A stretch of 64,000 nt of DNA from Anthoceros angustus (Eukaryota; Plantae; Anthocerotophyta). Shown piece by piece: positions 12,609 through 24,198 of the stretch (position 1 is the stretch's first letter; each line of letters opens with the position of its first letter). The position numbers and the translations under genes were made by a program. The notes beneath the pieces were generated by a model. The model worked only from the letters and a program-made list of their open reading frames with translations. It searched no databases and was not told the DNA's origin. Location: the NCBI GenBank assembly GCA_010909165.1, contig VJWM01000007.1, positions 186,001-250,000 on the forward strand. Direction: 5' to 3'.

Positions 12609-15600
12609 GTGCCGGGTCATTTTGAATGACCACATTTTCGTTCATGTCTTCTGTGTATGTCAAGATTTGGTGCAACAGAGAAGAAACTGCTTGCTGATAC
12701 CCGGCACCTGTTGATGAAGGATGTTCCGCTGTCTCAAGGCAGTGTAGTAGAGAGTTTTGAGACTTATTTATGAGTCCAGCTGAAGGCGCATGATTGGTGG
12801 GGTAGCAAGAGTTGAGAGGTCTGAGATGCAAGTTTGCCTTGAGAGGGTGGCTTCATCTATTTGTGAGGTGACAGTTCCCCTGGAGCAAGCTTGCACTGTG
12901 TGCCTAGGGTAGGGGCTGTTGTCGAAATTCAGGTGAGACTTGGGCACCTTGCATTCCACTTGAGGTTGTAATTGTACATCATTCCTATGGCTGGTGTTCC
13001 TCAGCTAGCTTTGCTGAGAGGACAGGATGTTATCAGTCCAGATGTTTACTGTGGGGCTAGCATTATTCAAGAGGGATCACATTGTGGCCAATGCTGTGAA
13101 TGCTGATAGAGCGGCAGCTCTTTGGATGTCCTGTATTGTTTCTTCTCCCTCCTGGGGACGCAGAATAAATTCGGTCTCGAGTGCATTGTTGGACTGAAAA
13201 TGTAACGTGATACGCAGCTATGTATTATGTAAGGGTCTAAGAGGGTTGGAACTTCGTCGCTCGCACTACTGGAGTTGCTTCTGCTATCTAGAAGAGTCTT
13301 GCACTAGAGTGTGAAGCTTTGACTAGACTTATCCCTCACCGGCGTCCTGTTTCCTGTTGCTAGCCATTTCTTTCTTTCACTGTGGGAGGAAAAGTTCCCT
13401 TCTTTTTCGTAACGTGAGATGTGATTCTGTACCGACATCAAATACCTGTTGGTAATTTGTTGTCTAGCCTTTTTAGCTCGGTGGTAGAGGTTGAACTTGG
13501 ATCAGAGCTAACCTTCTCCCATTTTTCGAAAGACGTTATCTTTTTCGAAAGGCAGGACGTACATTCAGGTGCACATTTATGGAACATATTTTACGGACGC
13601 TGGTGTTCAGTAGACAAAATATATGAAAAGGCAGGTTGGTCGGATTAAACGGACACCCGTCTGGACTGTGAACTGAACACTATGTAGGAAGATCATGGAA
13701 TGCCTTCCTTGTCGCCTGAGCGATTCAGACGGCAAAACGATTTTGTGGCTCGAGACGGACCGTTCAGTCAGAGTAGGAACGCGAGGACATCCACATGTCG
13801 GTCCTACACTCCATATTTACACCTCGTTCACGCCGTCCCTACAAAACTTATTTACACGTCGTTCCTAGCGTGAGCTTCAGGGAGTTAGACGAAGAAATTG
13901 GTGTCCTTCCTGCTCCCAGGCGCCTCAGCTGCGCCGCCCTCATCCTCATAATTTTCCTGCCCCGACCGTCCTTTCCCTCCTTTGCCTGCAGGCGCCAAGT
14001 GGGGTTGGATAATGTTCAATAAATCATTCAAGATTCAAAATTGCAGTTCAAGCAACAAGAGGCTAAAGGAGTGCACAGAACCTGTCCCCGTGGTTCCAAT
14101 TTCTTGCGTTGACTGCTTTTCTATGACTGGGATCTCATCCAGAGGCCGCCGGCCTTCTACAGTCAGACCCCTCTAATTGGGAACAATTGGGAGTAGCAAA
14201 AATCGTCCCATTTAGAGGGGTTCCCGTTTAGGCATTTTCATCTTTTTTGAAAATAAAACTATTTAAAAGTCAAAAATCCTTTAAATCAAAAATTCGAAAG
14301 AGCTTAAAAGCTTCCAAAAATCCAAAATGCTCCCTCATACTACATAGCTGCCAACCTAATTCTAGTTTGCGGGTTAAAATAATCATCAATCCTTGATTGA
14401 TCTTGTTTTCATCCAATGACTAGCAATATGTTTCGTGCCAGGGTGGAGGTGGAGCCTTCATCTGGGCAAATCCATTCTCAGGTTTCAGACAGTGAATTGA
14501 CCCGATCGGATGGAATGAAAGCCTCAGCTGACCTTGAAATGGGGAAAACGTCATGGCCTGTACCCACAGAAGAGGTTTTGGGTGATTTGCACACTCGCGT
14601 GAGTGACGTTGGAGATCTGCCCATGGATAGTAAAGATGGATACGAGGACACGTTTGCCCCTGGCTTTGGGCGGGTTTTGACTCATGATAATCATGAGCCA
14701 AGGAGTGCACCTCACCCCAGGCGGTCGAGCTGGGGTCGGAAAAGTGGAAGCTGGGAGATAACGCCGGACATTCTTGCGTTAACTGGCAGTGCAGCTGAGG
14801 GAAGCCGCACAGCCAATGGTGACAGCACTCCACCTGGAAACAGATGAGTGCCGGGTCATTTTGAATGACCACATTTTCGTTCATGTCTTCTGTGTATGTC
14901 AAGATTTGGTGCAACAGAGAAGAAACTGCTTGCTGATACCCGGCACCTGTTGATTGCGAAGGATGTTCCGCTGTCTCAAGGCAGTGTAGTAGAGAGTTTT
15001 GAGACTTATTTATGAGTCCAGCTGAAGGCGCATGATTGGTGGGGTAGCAAGAGTTGAGAGGTCTGAGATGCAAGTTTGCCTTGAGAGGGTGGCTTCATCT
15101 ATTTGTGAGGTGACAGTTCCCCTGGAGCAAGCTTGCACTGTGTGCCTAGGGTAGGGGGCTGTTGTCGAAATTCAGGTGAGACTTGGGCACCTTGCATTCC
15201 ACTTGAGGTTGTAATTGTACATCATTCCCAAGGGCTGGTGTTCCTCAGCTAGCTTTGCTGAGAGGACAGGGATGTTATCAGTCCAGATGTTTACTGTGGG
15301 GCTAGCATTATTCAAGAGGGATCACATTGTGGCCAATGCTGTGAATGCTGATAGAGCGGCAGCTCTTTGGATGTCCTGTATTGTTTCTTCTCCCTCCTGG
15401 GGACGCAGAATAAATTCGGTCTCGAGTGCATTGTTGGACTGAAAATGTAACGTGATACGCAGCTATGTATTATGTAAGGGTCTAAGAGGGTTGGAACTTC
15501 GTCGCTCACTACTGGAGTTGCTTCTGCTATCTAGAAGAGTCTTGCACTAGAGTGTGAAGCTTTGACTAGACTTATCCTCACCGGCGTCCTGTTTCCTGTT

Positions 15601-16657
15601 GCTAGCCATTTCTTTCTTTCACTGTGGGAGGAAAAGTTCCTTCTTTTTCGTAACGTGAGATGTGATTCTGTACCGACATCAAATACCTGTTGGTAATTTG
15701 TTGTCTAGCCTTTAGCTCGGTGGTAGAGTTGAACTTGGATCAGCTAACCTTCTCCCATTTTTCGAAAGACGTTATCTTTTCGAAAGGCAGGACGTACATT
15801 CAGGTGCACATTTATGGAACATATTTTACGGACGCTGGTGTTCAGTAGACAAAATATATGAAAAGGCAGGTTGGTCGGATTAAACGGACACCGTCTGGAC
15901 TGTGAACTGAACTATGTAGGAAGATCATGGAATGCCTTCCTTGTCGCCTGAGCGATTCAGACGGCAAAACGATTTTGTGGCTCGAGACGGACCGTTCAGT
16001 CAGAGTAGGAACGAGGACATCCACATGTCGGTCTACACTCCATATTTACACCTCGTTCACGCTGTCCCTACAAAACTTATTTACACGTCGTTCCTAGCGT
16101 GAGCTTCAGGAGTTAGACGAAGAAATTGGTGTCCTTCCTGCTCCCAGGCGCCTCAGCTGCGCCCTCATCCTCATAATTTTCCTGCCCCGACCGTCCTTTC
16201 CTCCTCCTTTGCAGGCGCCAAGTGGGGTTGGATAATGTTCAATAAATCATTCAAGATTCAAAATTGCAGTTCAAGCAACAAGAGGCTAAAGAGTGCACAG
16301 AACCTGTCCCCGTGGTTCCAATTTCTTGGACTGCTTTTCTATGACTGGGATCTCATCCAGAGGCCGCCGGCCTTCTACAGTCAGACCCCTCTAATTGGGA
16401 ACAATTGGGAGTAGCAAAAATCGTCCCATTTAGAGGGGTTCCCGTTTAGGCATTTTCATCTTTTTTGAAAATAAAACTATTTAAAAAGTCAAAAAATCCT
16501 TTAAATCAAAAATTCGAAAGAGCTTAAAAGCTTCCAAAAAATCCAAAATGCTCCCTCATACTACATAGCTGCCAACCTAATTCTAGTTTGCGGGTTAAAA
16601 TAATCATCAATCCTTGATTGATCTTTGAGTTACTTTCATCCAATGACTAGCAATATG
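12205..16657. repeat. ~2.2 kb direct tandem duplication (12205-14429 / 14430-~16657) covering the PAT 3' end and the pogo left end
   Basis: Near-identical copies with GTTT microhomology at the junction; differences are mostly small indels. Confidence 0.95.
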
Positions 16658-17666
16658 TTTTCCAACCGAGAATGCAACTTCAAAGCATCAAGAGTGTTAT
16701 GTGGCATCTCTTCCAAAACATCTTCGCTATCCTCATAGCATTATCTACAACATCCTTTGTCGTCGGTCTTGGCGCTATGGTCTCCAGTGTTGTGTCATTC
16801 TCCTCACCTCCTCATTGTGTGGAGGGATTAATGCCATATTTAGTCCTCAGGAATATCGTAGTCTCAATCCTTCATCCTCCTCAAAGTTCGGATACTCTTG
16901 ATTTGTCATCGTTGGATATCCAACATCGCAATTCTGTCATATCCTCGGATGTTAATAATGCTAAGCTTATGGAATTGTAGCTCTTCTACTGCGTTTCCAA
17001 CGAATTAGAGTGATTTTGAGGATCCGACAATGGATCCTCCGATCATATGGTGCTTAGATCCAAAGACTCACGGAACCGAGCATCTTGTGCACGCATGAGC
17101 GTCAAAGTGCTATGCCTCCAACAATTGCGTATGGTATGAGGACTCACAAATGAAGTCCAAGCTTTTACCAGATAACCCGCTTGAAAGAATGGATGATCCC
17201 ACGTCCAAAGGTTGATATACGCTTGTCACATTGGGTGGAAAGAAAACCACCTTTGTAACTTGCAATTGAGCTACGTTACCAAACCGATGCCGTGACAATT
17301 ATCCACTATAAGTAACACTATAGTCATACGATGCAACCATCCTCTGGTCAAAATCTAGCAAAACTTCTCAAACAGCTCTATTGTCATCCATGCCTAGTTG
17401 TCATCCATGACTGGATGACAGCTCTATATCATCCATCCTGTAACTCATGATTTAATCTCGATAAGAGCGGTTTCCTCAATTTTTATTTTTTAAAAAAATA
17501 TGTATTTTCCTTTTACAGAGGTGTACTTGCATTGAATGTTTGGGAGACATGTTCCCATTTACAAATTAGAGGGTTTCCATTTAGCATGTAGCACATTCAA
17601 GGGAGTAAGCCGGGCATCCCATTTAAAGGGGTTCCCATATAGGGGTCCCAATTAGAGGGTTTGATC
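16378..17666 (-). mobile_element. Internally deleted pogo/Tigger-like (Tc1-mariner) DNA transposon
   Basis: Left end TA|CAGTCAGACCCCTCTAATTGGGA; inverted match TCCCAATTAGAGGGTTTGA at 17646-17664; subterminal CCCATTTA(G/A)AGGGGTTCCC repeats; DDE_1 motif VVFFPPNVTSVYQPLDVG in ORF 17110-17298. Confidence 0.8.
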
Positions 17667-19010
17667 AGACGTCATTGACCCTTGCTCTCAAATCTCCTTC
17701 TCCTCAGGAGTCGTGTTTCTGCGCAGCGATGTCCAACGCCGTCTTTCTCTCCTTAGCAGCTCAGTCCTCCGCTCAAGGCGAGCATTGCGCAGTGCCATGT
17801 ATTGTTGCACTGCGGTAACCCCAACGTTGTGGCCAAAATTGTGCTAATAAATGACAATATCACTGAGCGTGGTTCCTTCTGACGACTTTTCGAGACTTGA
17901 GGAGTCTGTGTGTAAATCAGGTGATGTTATCATTTTTTTTACCCCATTCTGCTTTTTCACGTGTTTCAACGTGCGTTCCTTGGGAAGGTGACGAGGCAGT
18001 TTTCACAGCTTGGTTGGACATAGCAAGAACTTTGTTGAAAGTAAGAAGCCTTGCATGAGAGGCATGCAGCTTTGGATCTAGTTTAGTGGCGGGCAGGTTA
18101 TAGGCTTAAGGAAGATAGTCTCGCGGTGGGCTTATTGCGATATAAACAGGCGGATCCACCATAGAAAAGATACTAACTCCAGCAAAAGCAGTGAGGCTAA
18201 CCTCGATTTGTGCGCAATTCCGGATGGTGAGCGGGCGTAGCCGAGGAGTAGGGCGGGCGCTTGTGGGCTGGCTGAGTGCCGTCAGGGTAATATGGGGAAG
18301 TGTGGGGAATTAAAACTAAGCATAGGCTGGGTTCGCGAGTCAAGACCTTGAAGGTGCAAATACAACAAGTCCTCAGTTGTGCCTACTCCTCGTGCCGGCT
18401 CTGTGCCACTCCGCCTTCCGATCTGTGGCTCCATTATACAGGCTCCAGCTCCGGAGATAAAACACCATGGCGCTCCATCATTCTCTCTTCGAGGTGTCCA
18501 ACCTTGTTGTTGCCCTCGTGCTTGCCTGGTTTGCCGTCTGCTTGCTGGGAATCTGGCTTCTAGACTGCAAACACTGTTGCCTGCTGATGGAGAATCCCAA
18601 GAAACACTAATTACTCAACTAGGCAGTGGACCCTGCATCGGATGATATCTGAGGCACCGCGAGATATGGACGCCTTTTCAGCAATTTAACAAAGAAGCGC
18701 CAGCGTGTTGCCATCAAGACCATGACTCTGCGACAGTACAAGTTTATGACTCACCTCCTCTGGTATCATTTGAAGGGACGCTGTCCCGGCTTCAATACCA
18801 GAAGGCTATGGAGAAGGCAATGCCAGAAGAAAAGGGAGAGCTGGATTACTACTACGCTCCGGTGCAGAGAAGAAGCTGAGCAAGGGAGATCAATTGATTC
18901 TGATGCGCGCAACAAAGGTACCTGGCAAAGGTGATGGTGCTCCCTCTGAAGAGAAAACTCAGAAAAGAAAAAGATACGACGACTCTGATGAGGAGGAATA
19001 AGCGCTTACC

Positions 19011-19592
19011 TGTGAAAGATGATTCATCCACCTTGTCCTTACCTCTGCATATGCAGTCACCATTGCCTCAACCATGTTCATAACTTAACCTCTCTGTCCT
19101 TGTTAAAATGCAGCCCTGCTGAGCGAGTTAAAGAAGACAGAAGAGCTGCTCCAGACTTTGAAGAGAAAAATAAAGGATCAGGGATACCACATAAATGTCT
19201 GAGGCTTGGGGACTGCAACTCACCTGTAATTGTATGCGTTTATGCTCACATGTAATAGGCTTGATCCACATGGAGTGCCTTGCATGTGAGACTCTTGGTA
19301 AGGCTTTAGTTAGAGGTCCTTTATATATTATGCGTGAGATGTAATGCACCTCACCTCTCAAGAGATATAGTGATGAATGTCATGCAGGGTTATTATTGTG
19401 TTGCAGGTAACTAATTTAAGTTGAGTCGGAGCTTAATACCTGTTAGGGTTGCGTCCCTTAGTGAATAGACGTACCTTTTCGTTTTAGTTAAGTTGTCTTT
19501 TCATGCTTTTGATCTTTTATCTTCTTGTTGATAATATATACACAAAATATTTATTCTGATTTAATCCACCTACAATTCGATGTAAATCGTCA
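19011..19592 (+). repeat. 5' LTR of Copia A
   Basis: TG...CA termini, TATA-like TTTATATATTA at ~19320, immediately followed by PBS TGGTATAAGAGC (19593-19604; tRNA-iMet, one mismatch). Confidence 0.75.
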
Positions 19593-20070
19593 TGGTATAA
19601 GAGCATCCTAATTGTAGGGTGCTTAGGAAAATTGTTGTGCATTAATAGAGATGCATAACATAATTTTCTTTATTATTTTTGGAGTAGAATTAGGTTCTAA
19701 TTCCAAGAAAATAAAAGAAATCAAGAAGATGCTTTTGTGTTTCATTTTCTTTAAGTTGTCTATGCAATTTCTGCAAAATTAGGCAGTGTTTCAAGTGTGC
19801 ATCTTTTGAATTGTTCTTTTGAACAATACAAATCATGCACACTAGAACAACCTAACAAAACAGTGTAGATAGAAATTTTATAAAAAGAAATTACAATGCA
19901 GATTTCTGCATTCAAGAAACACAAATATTTGTTGTGGCCAATTCACATGGCACATAACCAAGGCCAACAAGGCCATCAGCGCCCTGCTGGGTGGATTCCA
20001 CAAAGACAGAATCACCGCAGGGCAGGGCAGATCCTCAACCGGGCAGCTCGCTCATGACTTTTCGAGCCAT

Positions 20071-20664
20071 ATGGAATGGGATGTCGAATCGGCGTTCGCT
20101 ACTTTTAGATGCAAACACGCACAAGCCTTGATTCAATTCTTGAATTCGTATCACGAGAGAGACATCTTGAACGCTCTGCAAATCCTGAACCTTCACGAGG
20201 TTCGTGTGCAACGCGTTTGGCGAGCAGTCCAACCCAGAGGATTTCTAACAACGCAGGTCACACCACACACAGGTGTTACACAACTTGTGACCAGAATTGA
20301 ATCACACCAGCAGCAAGTCGATAGGAACTGCAAATCAATTGGCAGGAAGGTGATTGCTGCTAACGTTGACTTACAGGATTTGAAGGAGCAGATTTCTCAC
20401 TTGGATTTCAAGCTTCTAACCTTGTTGAAACCACAGCTGCTTGCTAACCCTATTTCACGAGGAGTTGCATGCAGGAAGGTTGTCAAAACGAATAGAAGTC
20501 ATAGATTTGACATACCTAATTCATGTCCTTCTTGTGCTACTTACTCCTTCAATAGATGGGAGTCTAGGCATAATAAAATAGAAAGACGAGTAGCACAGCA
20601 GGACATCCTGCAAATGGCAGAACTAGGCATGGCAGGAAATGCTCACCCTGCTAACATCTTTTGA
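20071..20664 (+). CDS. Uncharacterised 197-aa ORF between PBS and gag of Copia A
   Basis: Open frame with an ATG start and a heptad-like middle (VIAANVDLQDLKEQISHLDFKLLTLL). No recognised domain. Confidence 0.4.
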   Translation: MEWDVESAFATFRCKHAQALIQFLNSYHERDILNALQILNLHEVRVQRVWRAVQPRGFLTTQVTPHTGVTQLVTRIESHQQQVDRNCKSIGRKVIAANVDLQDLKEQISHLDFKLLTLLKPQLLANPISRGVACRKVVKTNRSHRFDIPNSCPSCATYSFNRWESRHNKIERRVAQQDILQMAELGMAGNAHPANIF

Positions 20665-22947
20665 GTAGATCATGCCTAGTTTCCTCTGCGCGTAAGCATG
20701 CCCTATGCCTCGCATAGGAGAGGAAGAATCTGACGACGAAGTTGTATTAGAAAGCGAGCTCATTCGAAAATGAAAACTTTGAAGATTCCAGACAAAGTTT
20801 GATTCAAGCACAATTTGAATTCGACGACGACAACACTTTCAACATGTCGATCCAGATAGCTGGAGAAGGGTTTCAAGAGGAGAGTTCAATGGGGTGATTT
20901 TGACATTTGGGTCATCCGAATGGAAGGTGCTTTGCAGAACAGAAGGTTGTGGAAAGTTGCTACGGGCATCGAGACCAAACCTGAGTCTGAAGGATCCGAA
21001 GCTGAGGCGTGGCAGGTCAAGAACGATGCTGCCATGTTCCTGATCCGATCTGGGCTAACATCTGAGATGTTGAGACAGACTGGAGGGGCCAAGACTGCTG
21101 AGGAGATTTGGACACGTTTAAAAGACCTGTTTTCTGGAAGAAATGACGCCTGTGTCATGGCAGCAATGCGCAATCTCCATAACTTGAAAATGAAGGATGG
21201 GGATTCCATTGAAAAACATATCGGAGTATTCTGAACACTTGCCTCTAGGTTGGAAGAGACCTCAGGGGAAATCATGAAGGACAGACAGTTGTCTATGTTG
21301 CTGATGCTCTCGCTGCCTGAGTCCTAGTCGAACTTTGTCATTGCCCACACACAGTCCCTCTCACAAGTGACGAAATTAGCACAAGCTGCTAAAGTGATGC
21401 TACCAGACACAAGCTTTGCTGAGTTTGTTGGAACCTTGCTAGAAGAAGAAGCCTCCAGGGGCAATCACAAGCGTCGGGCAAACAACAAGCTTTATATACA
21501 TCCGGGCGTGGAGAGGTAGTGGAGATACCCGGTCGCGAGGAGCATCAAGCTCTTCTCGATCTCTGAGGCTCAAGGAGCTCCTATTACAGGCTCAAGCAAC
21601 ACTGCTGCCAACAACTCTAACAAGAAGGGTAAGAAAGCTGGTACTTGCCATTGGTGCAAAATTCCAGGGCATTGGGAAAGGGACTGTCGAAAGAAACAGT
21701 CTGGTGTCCCTCGTAAGGAGGGGTCCAGTGCAGAAACGAATGTTGTGGTTAAGAAACAGAACACCCCATCTGCCCTTACAATTGGGACACGGGGAGTTGC
21801 TAGTCCACACTTGTTTCTACATGTCTGTCTACTAACGTCAAACCATTGAGCATAGAATGGTATTTGGATACTGGTGCAACAGCGCACATTTGCTTTGACA
21901 GGCAGGCATTTCGCACATATAGGTCAGTTGAGTACCAGTGTGTGTATTTAGGCGATGACAGGTCTTTGATCTCACCTGGCATAGGCACAGTTGATCTTCC
22001 AGTCCCATCTGGGGTCAAGCTAATCCTGCAGGATGTGTATTACGTGCCTGCAATGACCAGAAACTTGATCTCGGTTAGACGGCTCAATCCATAGCCATGT
22101 ATTTCGAGGGCGAATGCCGGGTAATAGATGCAAATGATCATAGAAAGATACTTGCCTATGGATCATCCGATCATGACTTGTTCTCTTCATACCAAGAGTG
22201 GAGTAGCGAGTCTCACTCTATGTGGCACATCCCGATAGCCTCTGCTGTGATTGCAAAAGTAAGTTGTGGCATGCTAGACTAGGTCACCCTCATAGCACAA
22301 AACTTCAGCAGTTAGCTGCTAGTGACCTTTACAAAGATGGACCCTTGGGCAGTCTGATTGCCTTACCACTCTGTGAAGCTTGTGTGCTTTCCAAGCGACA
22401 CCAAGCTGCCTTTAGGAATCGGGCACCTTATCGTGCTAAAGATATCCTTGAACTTGTACACACAGACCTGTGTGGTCCTCTTTCTCAAGAGTCCATAGGT
22501 GATGGCAAGTATTTCCTGACATTCACAGATGATAAGACCCGGTTTGTTACCACATACATCCTGAAGAACAAGAGTGAATGCTTCACCTACTTCAAAGAAT
22601 ACATCAAGTATGCTGAAAGGTGGACAGGAAAACAACTGAAAACACTTCGTTCAGACAATGGTGGCGAGTTTACCTCGAATGAATTTCAATCCTTCTGTGC
22701 TGATGAAGGTATTGGTCGCCACCTGTCTACACCCAATAATGGGTACGCTGGGTGATGTTAGGAGATGATATCTTCCCTCCTTCATCAGGCTAAACTCACT
22801 CTGACCTATTGGGCAGAAGCTCTCTCCACATCAACCTACCTCCAGAACAGGTTGCCCACTCACTCTGTTGTAGGAATGACTCCCTATGAGGCCTTCACAG
22901 GCAGAAAGCCTTCTATCCAACACCTAAGGATATTTGGCTGTCTGGCC

Positions 22948-23141
22948 TGTGAAGGATGTGAAAGATGTGGAGGTTGTGCAAGCGGTTGTTGCCAAAACTG
23001 AATGAATAATACAATACAAAATGATTACAAGATGTGTTTAAATACTCATGACCTAGAGTCATGTTATTTCACTTCAACTAAACATATTTAATCTAAATTA
23101 AATATATACAACCCTAAGTGTGTGAGCTTGTTATCTTAACA
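22948..23141 (-). repeat. 3' LTR of Copia B
   Basis: TG...CA ends, adjacent PPT (minus AGCTTGAGAGGGAG), matches 29742-29917. Confidence 0.95.
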
Positions 23142-23484
23142 CTCCCTCTCAAGCTTCACGCTTAGGTAATTTGTCCAAAGCGGTCTCCACAAAACAAAAC
23201 AAAGCAAATAGTCCACCAGCCAATGATTCTCCATGCATGGGCGTCCCCACTCTGTGGTAGAAAACACATGTGCCCGGTGCGTAGTTGCACTCGAATTTGA
23301 AGAAAAACTCATGAACAAACAACTTGAAGATAAATAACTCACGACTGGTTGTCTGCATGTGGCTTCATCCACTGAGTTATCTGTTCTCCCATGTACTATG
23401 TACCATTCACATATGCTGAGTAATCACCCAGCCCTAAGCCATCCATATGCTTATAGTGTTTTGGCTTTGAAAGTGCTTTGGTTA

Positions 23485-24198
23485 GAATGTCGGCCACATT
23501 ATCATCTGTTCCAACAAAGCTAACCTTCGTTACCCCTCTATCCACAGCATCCCTGATGTAGTGATGGGATATCTCTATATGCTTGGTGCGCGTGTGGAAA
23601 CGAGGGTTAGCAACCAAAGCAAGCGCTGACATGTTGTCACAAAGTATGGGGGTAGGGTCCTGTTGTGTCTGCCCCAAGTCTTGTAAAAACCTCCTCTCCC
23701 ATTCAGCCTCCTTGGTGGCTTCAGTGAGAGATTTATACTCTGCCTCCGTTGAAGACAAAGATATAGAGGGTTGTTTCTTGCAACTCCAATTAATGGCAGC
23801 TCCTGCAAGAAGAAAGCAATATGTGGAGAGGGAGGACGGAGTCGGACATCGAATGTCGGCCACATTATCATCTGCTCCAACAAAGCTAACCTTGTTACCC
23901 CTCTATCCACAGCATCCCGATGTAGTGATGGGATATCTCTATATGCTTGGTGCGCGTGGAAGCGAGGGTTAGCAACCAAAGCAATGACGACATGTTGTCA
24001 CAAAGTATGGGGTAGGGTCCTGTATCCAAGTCTTGTAAACCTCCTCTCCCATTCAGCCTCCTTGGTGGCTTTTGGGTGAGAGATTTATCTGCCTCCGTTG
24101 AAGACAAAGATATAGAGGGTTGTTTCTTGCAACTCCAATTAATGGCAGCTCCAGAAGAAAGCAATATGTGGAGGTCGGAGTCGCAGACGTAATCGGCA
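23485..24198. repeat. ~365 bp tandem duplication in Copia B RNase H
   Basis: GAATGTCGGCCACATTATCATCTG starts copies at 23485 and 23851; the second copy has many 1-few bp deletions. Confidence 0.9.

Noticed and set aside
14416-14847. Separate 143-aa gene
   Set aside because: It is the duplicated PAT C-terminus; its start codon comes from the junction sequence.
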